Source: an uncultured Acidobacteriota bacterium (lineage in GTDB: Bacteria > Acidobacteriota > Thermoanaerobaculia > Multivoradales > DATKCC01). Taken from it: a stretch of DNA of 64,000 nt. The position numbers were made by a program, and so were the translations under genes. The notes under the pieces are model-generated. The model was given only the letters and a program-made list of their open reading frames with translations. It made no database searches and was not told the DNA's origin. Location of the stretch: positions 193,279 through 257,278 of the forward strand of contig CAWJLS010000002.1 in assembly GCA_963843755.1 (NCBI GenBank). The letters are read 5' to 3'. Below are positions 47,280-56,142 of this stretch, one piece after another (positions within the stretch are counted from its first letter, which is position 1; each line of letters begins with the position of its first letter).

Positions 47280-47623
47280 CGACGCACCACTCCGTGTTCG
47301 GCGCGCAGACGAGGCACCACGAGCTCAGAGGTGCGGACGACGTGCCCGGACGACGTGCCAGGCGAATGGAGGTTGGCAGATCGTGGAGTCGTACGGGCCA
47401 CCTCTACTTGGCTGACACCTCGTCCGTCTCGTCGAGCCGGTCGAGGACGGCAGGATCCAGAAGCCGGAGCCGAGGAATTAGAAGGTCACGCGCCGGTTCC
47501 CGCTCACCTGGACCGCCCAGGTACCTTCGCGGCTTCCCGCGAGGGAAGAGCAGCAGCATCGGGGGCGCTCTCGGCCTTCAGCAGGAGCTTGACTAGCGCC
47601 GAATAGGGCGGTATTGTGGCGGT

Positions 47624-48541
47624 ATGTATGACGAGCGCGAACACCTGTCACACCAGTTCGGTGGTGCTTGGACGGATCGCAAGCTGCAGGTCCTGGAGAG
47701 CTACCTCCAGGCATACACGACGGCTCTCAAAGACAAGCCGAGCCGGGACCGACCGTTCCGGAAGGCCTTCGTCGATGCGTTCGCGGGGACCGGCTACCGG
47801 GAGATCCGTCGGGCCGAGGACGATTCGGACCAACAGTCGCTGGAGTTCCCCGACCTGGCAGGTGAGGAGCCCCAGCAACTCCTCGACGGTTCCGCGAGAA
47901 TTGCGCTCAGGACGGAGCCGTCCTTCGACACGTACATCTTCATCGAGCAGAGCGCGGCGCGGTGCGCTGAGCTCGAAGGTCTGAAGGAAGACTTCCCGCG
48001 CCGCGCTGACCGGATCAAGATTCGACAGGGCGATGCCAATGCCGAGATTCGGGCGCTGTGCCGCCGGAACTGGTCATCCCATCGTGCCGTGCTCTTCTTG
48101 GACCCGTACGGCATGCAAGTCGAATGGCAGACCATCGAAGCGGTCGCGGGAACCGAGGCCATTGACCTTTGGTTGCTGTTCCCGCTCGGAATCGGCGTGA
48201 ATCGGCTGTTGACCAGGTCAGGCGACATTCCGCCCAGTTGGCGTCGTCGCCTGGACCTGCTGCTGGGGACGACGGACTGGTACGATGAGTTCTACCGAGT
48301 CGAGACAGAGCCAACGCTCTTCGGCGATGAGCAGCAGGTCATCAAGGCCAGGATGGAGACCGTGGGGCACTACTTCAACGAGCGGCTGAAGACGGTCTTC
48401 GCAGGCGTGGTCGATCAGCCCGGCATCCTCCGAAACTCGGCCAACAGCCCCCTCTATTTGTTCTGCTTCGCTGCCGGGAACCCGAGGGGCGCCCGAATCG
48501 CCGTGAAGATCGCGAAACACCTCCTCAAGGAGCTTCGGTGA
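47624..48541 (+). CDS. tcmP: Three-Cys-motif partner protein TcmP-like
   Basis: [26 protein letters not shown]...[10 protein letters not shown]...LFLDPYG resembles TIGR04474-type proteins. Coupled to the downstream DUF5131 gene. Confidence 0.7.
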   Translation: MYDEREHLSHQFGGAWTDRKLQVLESYLQAYTTALKDKPSRDRPFRKAFVDAFAGTGYREIRRAEDDSDQQSLEFPDLAGEEPQQLLDGSARIALRTEPSFDTYIFIEQSAARCAELEGLKEDFPRRADRIKIRQGDANAEIRALCRRNWSSHRAVLFLDPYGMQVEWQTIEAVAGTEAIDLWLLFPLGIGVNRLLTRSGDIPPSWRRRLDLLLGTTDWYDEFYRVETEPTLFGDEQQVIKARMETVGHYFNERLKTVFAGVVDQPGILRNSANSPLYLFCFAAGNPRGARIAVKIAKHLLKELR

Positions 48542-49278
48542 TGGCGCAAGGCTCCGGGATCGAGTGGACCGAGTCGACCTGGAATCCGGTCACCGGGTGC
48601 ACGAAGGTGAGCCCCGGCTGCAAGCACTGCTATGCAAAGCGGATGGCGGAGCGGCTCCGGGCGATGGGGCAGGCGAACTACGCGAACGGGTTCGAGCTGA
48701 CGCTCCAGCCCCACATGCTGGAGCTCCCCCTCCGGTGGAAGAAGCCGCAGACGGTCTTCGTCAACTCGATGAGCGACCTCTTCCACGACCGCGTGCCGAT
48801 CGAGTACATCGAGCAGGTGTTCGACGTCATGGGGCGGGCCGACTGGCACCGGTTCCAGGTCCTCACCAAGCGGGCCGAGCGCCTGGCACGCCTGGCGCCG
48901 GAGCTTGACTGGGCCGAGAACATCTGGATGGGGGTGAGTGTCGAGACGGACCGCTACCGCCATCGGATCGACGCTCTTCGGGCGACCCCAGCGCGGGTCA
49001 AGTTTCTGTCGCTCGAGCCGTTGCTAGGGCCGCTCCATGATCTCGATCTCGAGGGAGTCGACTGGGTGATCGTCGGCGGGGAGTCGGGACCGAAGGCGCG
49101 GCCGATGGATGCCGCGTGGGTGACGGACCTCCGAGATCAGTGCCGGAGGGCCGGGGTGCCGTTCTTCTTCAAGCAATGGGGCGGGAGGAACAAGAAGAAG
49201 GCCGGCCGCCTTCTCCAGGGGCGGACCTGGAGCCAGATGCCCGTGAGCGACGCAACCTGTGGGGCAGCTCCGGCCTGA
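48538..49278 (+). CDS. Phage Gp37/Gp68-family protein (DUF5131, three-Cys motif)
   Basis: [27 protein letters not shown]...[10 protein letters not shown]...VIVGGESG...FFFKQWGG. Confidence 0.85.
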   Translation: MMAQGSGIEWTESTWNPVTGCTKVSPGCKHCYAKRMAERLRAMGQANYANGFELTLQPHMLELPLRWKKPQTVFVNSMSDLFHDRVPIEYIEQVFDVMGRADWHRFQVLTKRAERLARLAPELDWAENIWMGVSVETDRYRHRIDALRATPARVKFLSLEPLLGPLHDLDLEGVDWVIVGGESGPKARPMDAAWVTDLRDQCRRAGVPFFFKQWGGRNKKKAGRLLQGRTWSQMPVSDATCGAAPA

Positions 49279-49485
49279 GGCGGACGCGGCCGGTCTGGGG
49301 GGCAGGCGGACGTGAACCAGGTGTCCGTGAACCAGGTGTCAGGTAAGTAGAGACCCCGCGCCAACTCTTGAGGACCGCTTCCTCTCGCGTGTTCTTGCGT
49401 GAAGCATCTTCTTTGATACTCCTCCTCCCTTGCTCCACCGACACGCTGGGCACGGCTCCGGCCCGAGCCCGAAAGGAGGACCGTC

Positions 49486-49842
49486 ATGTTTCGACCCATC
49501 TCCCCGGCCGCCTCGCCCCCTCGTTCCGTTCCCGTCTACAGCCTCGCGATCGTCTCGGTGCTGGTAGCGCTTCTCCTGCCGTCCGCGGTCTCTGCTGCCA
49601 AGCTCCTGGTCAACGTGCTCAAGGCCTGCCCCGATTGCCGCTTGCCGGCCGCGCCGGCCTGCACGTCGGTCAAGGAGCACTGGGACCGGGCGGCGACCTG
49701 GACGCCGGAGGAGACGGTGCGTATCCACGCTGTCAGTATTCCGGAGCAGGCCGAGATCGCCCTCTACACCGATATCGAGGTCAGCACTGCGCCTCGTCCC
49801 CGGCTTCGTGGGTCTCGGCGGACCGTGCGATCTGTTCCATGA
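49486..49842 (+). CDS. Small secreted or membrane hypothetical protein
   Basis: AAAGGAGG lies 6 nt before ATG 49486. Hydrophobic segment VYSLAIVSVLVALLLPSAVSA. The 3' end overlaps the convergent gene. Confidence 0.4.
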   Translation: MFRPISPAASPPRSVPVYSLAIVSVLVALLLPSAVSAAKLLVNVLKACPDCRLPAAPACTSVKEHWDRAATWTPEETVRIHAVSIPEQAEIALYTDIEVSTAPRPRLRGSRRTVRSVP

Positions 49843-50287
49843 GGGATCGATTTTGAAGCACGTAGGCGGTCTCGTTCTCGCCCGGATCGAGCTTGCTCCG
49901 AGGAACTCCCTTCTCCGGCCAGACCGCCTCACAGAGCAAGTAGGAGAGCGAGAGTGCCGTGAAGGTCGCCGCCACCGAGCACAGGGTCAAGAGAGCGGTC
50001 TCGACCGGCTGCGGGAGATGGAACGCTCTGAAGAGAAACGGGAAGAGGATCAACCCTCCGCGTGCGAGGTTCAACGCGACGGCCAGAAAGATCGGCACCA
50101 GGAAGAGGATGATGCCCGCGATGCCCAGGACCTGACCGGTGGTGTACTGGCCGGTGTTGGCGTCGGCGCCCTGACCGGCTTCGTCGGCCCTCGCAGCTCG
50201 GGCCCGACGGCGCTTGATCACCCAGACGACGGTGAGGATGACTGCGGAGCTCAGGCTGATGAGCCCTGTTGCTTGATGACTCTCCAT
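49781..50287 (-). CDS. Membrane protein, hypothetical
   Basis: ATG 50287, with 4 predicted TM segments (LISLSSAVILTVVWVI, VLGIAGIILFLVPIFLAVAL...). Confidence 0.5.
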   Translation of the reverse strand: MESHQATGLISLSSAVILTVVWVIKRRRARAARADEAGQGADANTGQYTTGQVLGIAGIILFLVPIFLAVALNLARGGLILFPFLFRAFHLPQPVETALLTLCSVAATFTALSLSYLLCEAVWPEKGVPRSKLDPGENETAYVLQNRSLMEQIARSAETHEAGDEAQC

Positions 50288-50373
50288 CGGTTTTCGGGTC
50301 TTCGGTAGCGACTCCGGCAGGTCCAACGTACTAGGTCACCGGAGGTCGCCTGTCGAGGCGCCTCAGCTCATGG

Positions 50374-50793
50374 TCACTCCGAAGCGCCGCCCCTGTAGCC
50401 GAGAACCTCGAGGCCGTCGATCCGGCGGAAGTGCTCCTCGTTGGCGGTGACGATCGGGAGCTGGAACCGGAGACTCGACGCACCGATCCAGAGGTCGTTG
50501 GTGCGGATGAGCAGGTCCCTTCCGCGCAGGTCGCGGACGAGCCCGGCGTAGATCAGGGCGGTCCTCTCGTCCACGGGGAGGGGCGTGTGCTGCTGCCGCA
50601 CGATCCGGACGGTGGGGTGTTCGATGCTGGGGAAGCCCTCCGCGAGCTCGCCCAGGGCCACGGTGGAGAGGAACAGCTCGGCGTCCGGGGACCGCGCGAG
50701 GAAGCGATGGGCCGGTCCGTCTTCCTGGCCTCTGGACCGCTCCCGCTGGAGGTCGATGAGGAACGAAGTGTCGAGGCTCAGTCGGAGTGCCAC
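50374..50793 (-). CDS. vapC: VapC (PIN) toxin
   Basis: GTG 50793. (V)ALRLSLDTSFLIDLQRE...TNDLWIGASSL...IVTANEEHF. Confidence 0.75.
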   Translation of the reverse strand: MALRLSLDTSFLIDLQRERSRGQEDGPAHRFLARSPDAELFLSTVALGELAEGFPSIEHPTVRIVRQQHTPLPVDERTALIYAGLVRDLRGRDLLIRTNDLWIGASSLRFQLPIVTANEEHFRRIDGLEVLGYRGGASE

Positions 50794-51023
50794 GGGTCCT
50801 CCGGCGGCGCGTCGGAGCGCTGGGCCTCGTCCAGCCGGTCGAGGACGGCCGGAGCCAGCAGGGGGGCTTCTTCGAGGGCGCTCAAGAGTCCGGCCGCCGT
50901 CTTGCGCTCGTCCCGCCACCGGGCACGCTTGATCACCCGCGAGAAGGACTCGTCGGGCGTGAGCCTCGCGCGGCGCAACCGCTCATACGCTTCGAGGTCG
51001 ACGGAGATGGTCTTGGTCGCCAT
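50778..51023 (-). CDS. VapB-type antitoxin
   Basis: ATG 51023 (MATKTISVDLEAYERLRRARLTPDESFSRVIKRA). Overlaps the vapC start by 16 nt. Confidence 0.65.
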   Translation of the reverse strand: MATKTISVDLEAYERLRRARLTPDESFSRVIKRARWRDERKTAAGLLSALEEAPLLAPAVLDRLDEAQRSDAPPEDPWHSD

Positions 51024-51238
51024 GGTCTGTGTATGCGTGCATGGATCTGTGCAGTCAAGCACGGCGCCGCCAAGGCCATGGCACCCAGCCCCGCGTTCGC
51101 TGACCTCGATTGACCCGAGATTCCTTTGATACTAAACTGCCTGACAATGTCACGAAAGCTATCGCGTTCCCGTGAGATCGCGGCCGTTCCGATACGACGG
51201 GAGGCCCTGCTCGGATCGCCTACGGAAAGGAGCACTTG

Positions 51239-51403
51239 ATGGCAGAACGCAGTGATACGGATGCGCTTACCGACTACGAGCGCCACCAGATCCTGGCGAT
51301 GATCCACGCCGAGATCAGCCAACGGTTCGACGACTCGGTGCACACGGTCGGGGACCTCAAGAACCTCGCGATCGACAAGCTGTTGACGATCGAGAGGGGC
51401 TGA
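51239..51403 (+). CDS. Candidate RiPP precursor or accessory peptide 1 (54 aa, not in the ORF track)
   Basis: AAGGAG lies 6 nt before ATG 51239. MAERSDTDALTDYERHQILAMIHAEISQRFDDSVHTVGDLKNLAIDKLLTIERG. Confidence 0.5.
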   Translation: MAERSDTDALTDYERHQILAMIHAEISQRFDDSVHTVGDLKNLAIDKLLTIERG

Positions 51404-51496
51404 AGCCTCTCGCCGAGTCCGCGGGCGTTGGCCCGACCCGGTGAGCCCCGAAGGAAGACGAACCCTACCAACCTGCACGACACAAGGAGAGACGGC

Positions 51497-51625
51497 ATGA
51501 GCCAGAAGAAGACCCAGGTCCGCATTCTCGAGAAGATCCGCCAAGAGGTGAAGCAGAGCTTCGAGCAGCAGAGCCGGAGGGAGGAGGACAACCCCGCGCC
51601 GGAGAAGCTGCTCTACATCCGTTAA
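51497..51625 (+). CDS. Candidate RiPP precursor peptide 2 (42 aa)
   Basis: AAGGAGA lies 6 nt before ATG 51497. MSQKKTQVRILEKIRQEVKQSFEQQSRREEDNPAPEKLLYIR; this is the 3' part of ORF 51428..51625. Confidence 0.5.
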   Translation: MSQKKTQVRILEKIRQEVKQSFEQQSRREEDNPAPEKLLYIR

Positions 51626-51701
51626 CCCCTCGACGGAAGGGCCTCCCGTCGCACCGGAAGAGCCACGACACGCGAACCCAGTCCGAGCCGAGGTGAGCAC
51701 G

Positions 51702-52919
51702 ATGTTCCGCGATGTCTTCGAAGGCATGTCCCACCCGTACGCCGCGCTCGAGGCGGAGGTGCTCGACGCCATTGCCGGCGAGCACGCCGCCCAGGTGGTC
51801 GCCTCCTTCACCGACCGCTTCTCCGTCCCGCTCGCCGAAGCGGGCGGAGGGCTCGCCTCCTATCTGGAGGGTTGGTCTGCCCACGAACCGAGGCTGGGCG
51901 ACGTCTGGAACACCGCCTTCGGCGCCGCCGAGAACCTGGCGCGTGGCACGTCCGCCTCCGCGGGCGCCGTCCGCCGGCACGCGGTCGAGCTCGCTCTCGC
52001 CATGCAGGAGGCCGGTCGCGCTGGCGGCCTGCGTGTCGATCTCGACGCCGCCGTGCCGCTGCGCTTCGGCCGCTGGTGCCTTCCGCCTGCTACGCGGGTG
52101 GCGGTGGACGGCGACGGCGAGCGCGTTCGGATCGACTTCGACGGCGGCCTGAACGGCTCCTGCGCCGTCTTCGCCCGCGACGGCGAAGGCGCCTGGGCGC
52201 TCGAAGACGGCGCCGCCACGCCGCTGGCCCGGACGCCGGTGCGCGAGCGTGCACTCCACTTCCTGCCGCCGGCCCTGGCCGACGAGGACCGCGGGGAGGA
52301 GCTGGCCTACGAGGTGGTGCCGGCGGACGAACGCGTCGTCTCCGCCTGGGCCGCGGCGCTCGAGCTGATCGGGCGCGCCGAGCCGCGCTACCTCGGGTGG
52401 ATCGATCGCGGCATCCGCGACATCGTTCCGCTCGACGTGCCGGGCGGCAAGATGGTCAGCGGCAGCCGCACCCGCCGCTGGGGGGAGGTCTTCATGACCG
52501 CCGTCCTCGAGCCGCTCCAGCTCTGCGAGATGCTGGTCCACGAGGTGAGCCACCAGCACTACTTCCTCGGCCTGATGGTCAGCCCGGTTCACGACGGCTC
52601 GGACGAGACCCTCTACTACTCGCCGCTCAAGCGCCGCGGCCGGCCGATCGACAAGATCTTGCTCGGCTACCACGCCTTCGCCAACGTGGTGCTCTTCTAC
52701 CGCGCCTGCCGCGCTCGGGGCATCGAGACCCACGTCGAGGAGGCGAAGATCCTTCCCGAGCTCGCCGAGCTCGAGGCGCCGCTACGCGAGACCCGGGCGC
52801 TCACCGAGCTGGGCCGAGCGATCTGGGAGCCGCTGGCCGAACGCCTCGAAGCGACCCGCGACGCGGCGCCGCCCACACCCGGCCCGTCCGTCGCGGCCGC
52901 TCCCGCCGGCACGCTCTGA
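51702..52919 (+). CDS. HExxH-motif peptide-modification protein (aKG-HExxH beta-hydroxylase / FxsC-like)
   Basis: LVHEVSHQHYF motif, with LGYHAFANVVLFY downstream. Sits directly upstream of, and coupled to, a radical SAM/SPASM gene (TGATG overlap). Confidence 0.7.
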   Translation: MFRDVFEGMSHPYAALEAEVLDAIAGEHAAQVVASFTDRFSVPLAEAGGGLASYLEGWSAHEPRLGDVWNTAFGAAENLARGTSASAGAVRRHAVELALAMQEAGRAGGLRVDLDAAVPLRFGRWCLPPATRVAVDGDGERVRIDFDGGLNGSCAVFARDGEGAWALEDGAATPLARTPVRERALHFLPPALADEDRGEELAYEVVPADERVVSAWAAALELIGRAEPRYLGWIDRGIRDIVPLDVPGGKMVSGSRTRRWGEVFMTAVLEPLQLCEMLVHEVSHQHYFLGLMVSPVHDGSDETLYYSPLKRRGRPIDKILLGYHAFANVVLFYRACRARGIETHVEEAKILPELAELEAPLRETRALTELGRAIWEPLAERLEATRDAAPPTPGPSVAAAPAGTL

Positions 52920-54082
52920 TGGGTATCGCCGCCGTCGTCCTCAAGATCGCTTCGCGCTGCAACCTCAACTGCAGCTACTGCTACATGTACAACCACGAGG
53001 ACCAGAGCTGGCGCCACCAGCCGAAGGTTCTCGCGGACGACGTCTTGGACGCCACGCTGGCGGCGATGCGCGCTGAGTGTGAGCGCCGCGGGACGCGCCA
53101 CCGGATGACGCTCGCCCTCCACGGAGGGGAGCCGACGCTGGTCGGCACCCGGCGCTTCGCGGAGATCGCCGAACGGGCGCGCGCCGCCCTCGGCGACCGT
53201 CTCGCGGCGCTCACCGTGCAGACGAACGCGGTGCTGCTGACCCCGGAGTGGATCGACACCTTCCGAGCCCACGGCGTGCGGGTGAGCGTGAGCCTGGACG
53301 GGCCGCCGGAGATCCACGACGCGGCGCGCGTCGACCACCGCGGGCGAGGCAGCTACGCGCGCACGGTCGCCGGGCTCGACCTGCTGATCGACGGCGGGCT
53401 CGACCCGAAGGTGCTCTCGGTCGTCCACCCCGGCCGCTCGGGTGCCGCCGCCTACCGCCACCTGCGCGCGCTCGGCATCACGCGGATCGACTTCCTGCTA
53501 CCGGACGTCACCCACGACAGCAAGGCGCGCCTCTACCCGCAGGCGGGGCCTCCCACCAGCTCGAGCGGGCCGACCGGAACCGGTCCCACCCCGGTGGCGG
53601 ACTTCCTGGTCGGCGCCTTCGACGCCTGGATGGACGAGGACGACCCGGCGGTCGAGGTGCGGGTGTTCGCCGATCTGCTGCGCAGCATGCTCGGCGACGC
53701 TCCCGGCTCCGATGCTTTCGGCAACCCGCTGATGAGCTACCTGGTGGTCGACACCGACGGCTCGATCGAGGCGATGGATGCGCTGCGCGTCTGCCGGGAG
53801 GGCATCGTCGCCAGCGGGCTCAACGTCCTCACGCACGGCTTCGACGCGCTCGAGGAGGGGATGCCGCTCGTCCACCGCGCGGTCCACGAGGGCTTCCCGC
53901 TGGCCGAGACCTGCCGGCGCTGCCCGGAGCGCGGCGTGTGCGCCGGGGGCCACCTGCCGCACCGCTGGTCCGCCGCGCGTGGCTTCGACAACCCCTCGGC
54001 CTGGTGCGCGGACATCCGGGTGTTGCTCGCCCACATGCGCGCGCGCACCGGCATCGCCGAGCCGCTCTCCGAGGCGGTCTGA
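52919..54082 (+). CDS. Radical SAM/SPASM peptide maturase (FxsB-like)
   Basis: CNLNCSYCY (CxxxCxxC) near the N-terminus and a GGEP motif. The C-terminal Cys cluster CRRCPERGVCAGG...WC is SPASM-like. Confidence 0.85.
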   Translation: MGIAAVVLKIASRCNLNCSYCYMYNHEDQSWRHQPKVLADDVLDATLAAMRAECERRGTRHRMTLALHGGEPTLVGTRRFAEIAERARAALGDRLAALTVQTNAVLLTPEWIDTFRAHGVRVSVSLDGPPEIHDAARVDHRGRGSYARTVAGLDLLIDGGLDPKVLSVVHPGRSGAAAYRHLRALGITRIDFLLPDVTHDSKARLYPQAGPPTSSSGPTGTGPTPVADFLVGAFDAWMDEDDPAVEVRVFADLLRSMLGDAPGSDAFGNPLMSYLVVDTDGSIEAMDALRVCREGIVASGLNVLTHGFDALEEGMPLVHRAVHEGFPLAETCRRCPERGVCAGGHLPHRWSAARGFDNPSAWCADIRVLLAHMRARTGIAEPLSEAV

Positions 54083-54097
54083 GGGAGGCTGCCCGGC

Positions 54098-55111
54098 ATG
54101 CGTCCGTACCGCTTCACCGTCCCGCGGGCACGTCTTCCTGGTGGCGAGGCACCGCGCACCGCGCTGCTCGCGCGCACGTTCCAACGCCGCTTCGCGACGG
54201 CGCGGCGGTGCGCCGCCGGCTGGGAGGTTACTCTGCGCGCCCCCACCTCGGCCGCCAGCTTCGTCGATCCGAGGCTCGCCGAGGGCCTGGCCTGGTGGGG
54301 TGACGGCGTCACCGCCGCGACGCTCCCGCTCGCCGTGCGTCTCGACGCCGGGTTCCAGCTCGCCCTCGACGACTGCTGGACGCTCTTCGCCTGGAGCTGC
54401 CGCGGTGACGCCGGGCCGGTCGACGTGCTTCACCTCGACAGCCACGCCGACCTCGGAAGCCCGCGCCTCGGCCGTGCCGAGGGCGCCGGTCCCGGCGCCG
54501 GCTGGCGCGACCTGGTGACCGGCGAGCCGGTAGGTCTCGCCGCGCCCGAGTCGATCGCCGCGGCGATCGCCAGCGGGGCCATCGGCATCGGCAGCTTCTT
54601 CGCTCTCTTCCTCGCCGCGGCGCCCGCGACGCGCCTGGTGCACCTGGCTCCGGCCGGGCGGCTGCCACGGCCGGCCGGGGACTACCGCTGGCGGGTCGAT
54701 GCCGCCGCGGACGACGGCGTGTTCGCGGGCGCCCTCCGGCCGCGGGTCGCGATCGAGCCGGCGAGCGATCGGGAGCAGGCCAACCTGCTCGTCCACCACG
54801 ATCTCGCCGCCGCCCTGCCGCGGCTCGGATCGCGCCCCCTCTACCTCCACCTCGACATGGACTACTTCAACGACCGCTACGACCACCATCCCGACTGGGC
54901 GCGGCGGGACCACCACGACCCTCCGCCGGCCGCGGCGCTCGCCGCCGTCGACGCGCTGTTCGCCCGCCTCGCGGCGCACCCGGCCGGAGCGCGGGTGGTC
55001 GACGTCACGGTCGCGCTCTCGCCCGGCTTCTTCCCGGCCGAGCTCTGGGCCCCGGCGCTCGAGCGGGTGCGCGCCGGCGTCGCGCGCCTCGGGATCGCGG
55101 AGGCGGCGTGA
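54098..55111 (+). CDS. Arginase/deacetylase-fold-like metal hydrolase (tentative)
   Basis: HLDSHADLG (DxHxD-like) and LHLDMDYFN (DxD-like) resemble ureohydrolase metal-binding motifs. The assignment rests on motifs alone. Confidence 0.4.
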   Translation: MRPYRFTVPRARLPGGEAPRTALLARTFQRRFATARRCAAGWEVTLRAPTSAASFVDPRLAEGLAWWGDGVTAATLPLAVRLDAGFQLALDDCWTLFAWSCRGDAGPVDVLHLDSHADLGSPRLGRAEGAGPGAGWRDLVTGEPVGLAAPESIAAAIASGAIGIGSFFALFLAAAPATRLVHLAPAGRLPRPAGDYRWRVDAAADDGVFAGALRPRVAIEPASDREQANLLVHHDLAAALPRLGSRPLYLHLDMDYFNDRYDHHPDWARRDHHDPPPAAALAAVDALFARLAAHPAGARVVDVTVALSPGFFPAELWAPALERVRAGVARLGIAEAA

Positions 55112-56142
55112 GGGCGCGGCCGGACCGGGGCGGGGCGCGGCGGCCGGCGGCGATCTTCTCGAACGGCCTCGGCGACCACCTGCTCAACCTCCCGGCGGTC
55201 CGCGCGCTCGCCCACCTCTTCCCGCACCGCCTCGCCCTGCTCTGCCAGCCCGGCGCGGGGGAGACCTTCTTCCACGGACTGCCCCTGCGCGCCGTGGTCG
55301 AGACGCCGATGGCGGTCGAGGCGCGGGGCAAGCGCTTCGACCCGGAGGCCGCCGCCCGCGCTCTCGGTCCGACCGACCTGCTGCTGTCGCTCAACCCGTG
55401 GCACAGCGCGTCGGTCGACCGCCTGCTCGAGCTCCTGTCTCCGTCCCGCTCGATCGGCTTCCACCCCGGCTTCACCGAGGTGCTCGAGCGCGACTTCACG
55501 AAGCACTCCGCCGAGCTCGCCTTCGATGTCCCGCGCCGTGTCGCGCCGCACCTCGCCCTCGACGACTTCGCCGCCCCGCCGAGCTTTCCGCCGTCGGCCC
55601 ACGCGGCGGCGGAGGCGGCTTGGCGCTCGCTTCCGCCCGGCGAGCGCACCCTGGTCGTCCACGCCGACAGCGACGAGCCGCGCAAGGGGTGGCCGGCCGC
55701 CGCCTTTCGCGAGGTGCTGCACGCGGCGCTGGAGCGCGACCCCGGGATGCGCGCCGTCGTGGTCGGGCTCAGCGACCTCGGCCTCGCCTCCGGCCGCCAC
55801 GGCGCGCGGGTGGCGCTCCGGCTCGGCCTACCGGTGAGCGTCTCCGCGCTGCTGGTCGCCCGCTCGGACCTCTTCCTCGGCGTCGACTCGTGCTTCCTCC
55901 ACGCCGCCGACCTTTTCCGCGTTCCCGGTGTGGCGCTTTTCGGCCCCACCGCCCCTCACGAGTGGGGCTTCCGCTTCGGCCCCGGCCGTGAGCTCGTCGG
56001 GCGCGGCGGCGACCTCGCGACGATTCCGCCGGCGGCCGTCGTCGAAACCCTCGGAGAGCTGCTCGGCCCCCCGTCCCGGCCGGCGCCGCGCAGACCCCTG
56101 CTCGAACCCCCCATCACCCGGACCGGAGGGATCGCCTGGTGA
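55108..56142 (+). CDS. Glycosyltransferase family 9 (heptosyltransferase-like)
   Basis: GLGDHLLNLPAVRALAHLFP N-terminal motif. C-terminal VGVDSCFLHAADLFRVPGVALFGPT. GTGA overlaps on both sides. Confidence 0.7.
   Translation: MRARPDRGGARRPAAIFSNGLGDHLLNLPAVRALAHLFPHRLALLCQPGAGETFFHGLPLRAVVETPMAVEARGKRFDPEAAARALGPTDLLLSLNPWHSASVDRLLELLSPSRSIGFHPGFTEVLERDFTKHSAELAFDVPRRVAPHLALDDFAAPPSFPPSAHAAAEAAWRSLPPGERTLVVHADSDEPRKGWPAAAFREVLHAALERDPGMRAVVVGLSDLGLASGRHGARVALRLGLPVSVSALLVARSDLFLGVDSCFLHAADLFRVPGVALFGPTAPHEWGFRFGPGRELVGRGGDLATIPPAAVVETLGELLGPPSRPAPRRPLLEPPITRTGGIAW

Noticed and set aside
51872-52918. N-terminal 349 codons of the 736-aa ORF 51872..54082
   Set aside because: The Arg-rich translation overlaps the HExxH gene in another frame. 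The radical SAM protein starts at ATG 52919, just before the CNLNCSYC motif.
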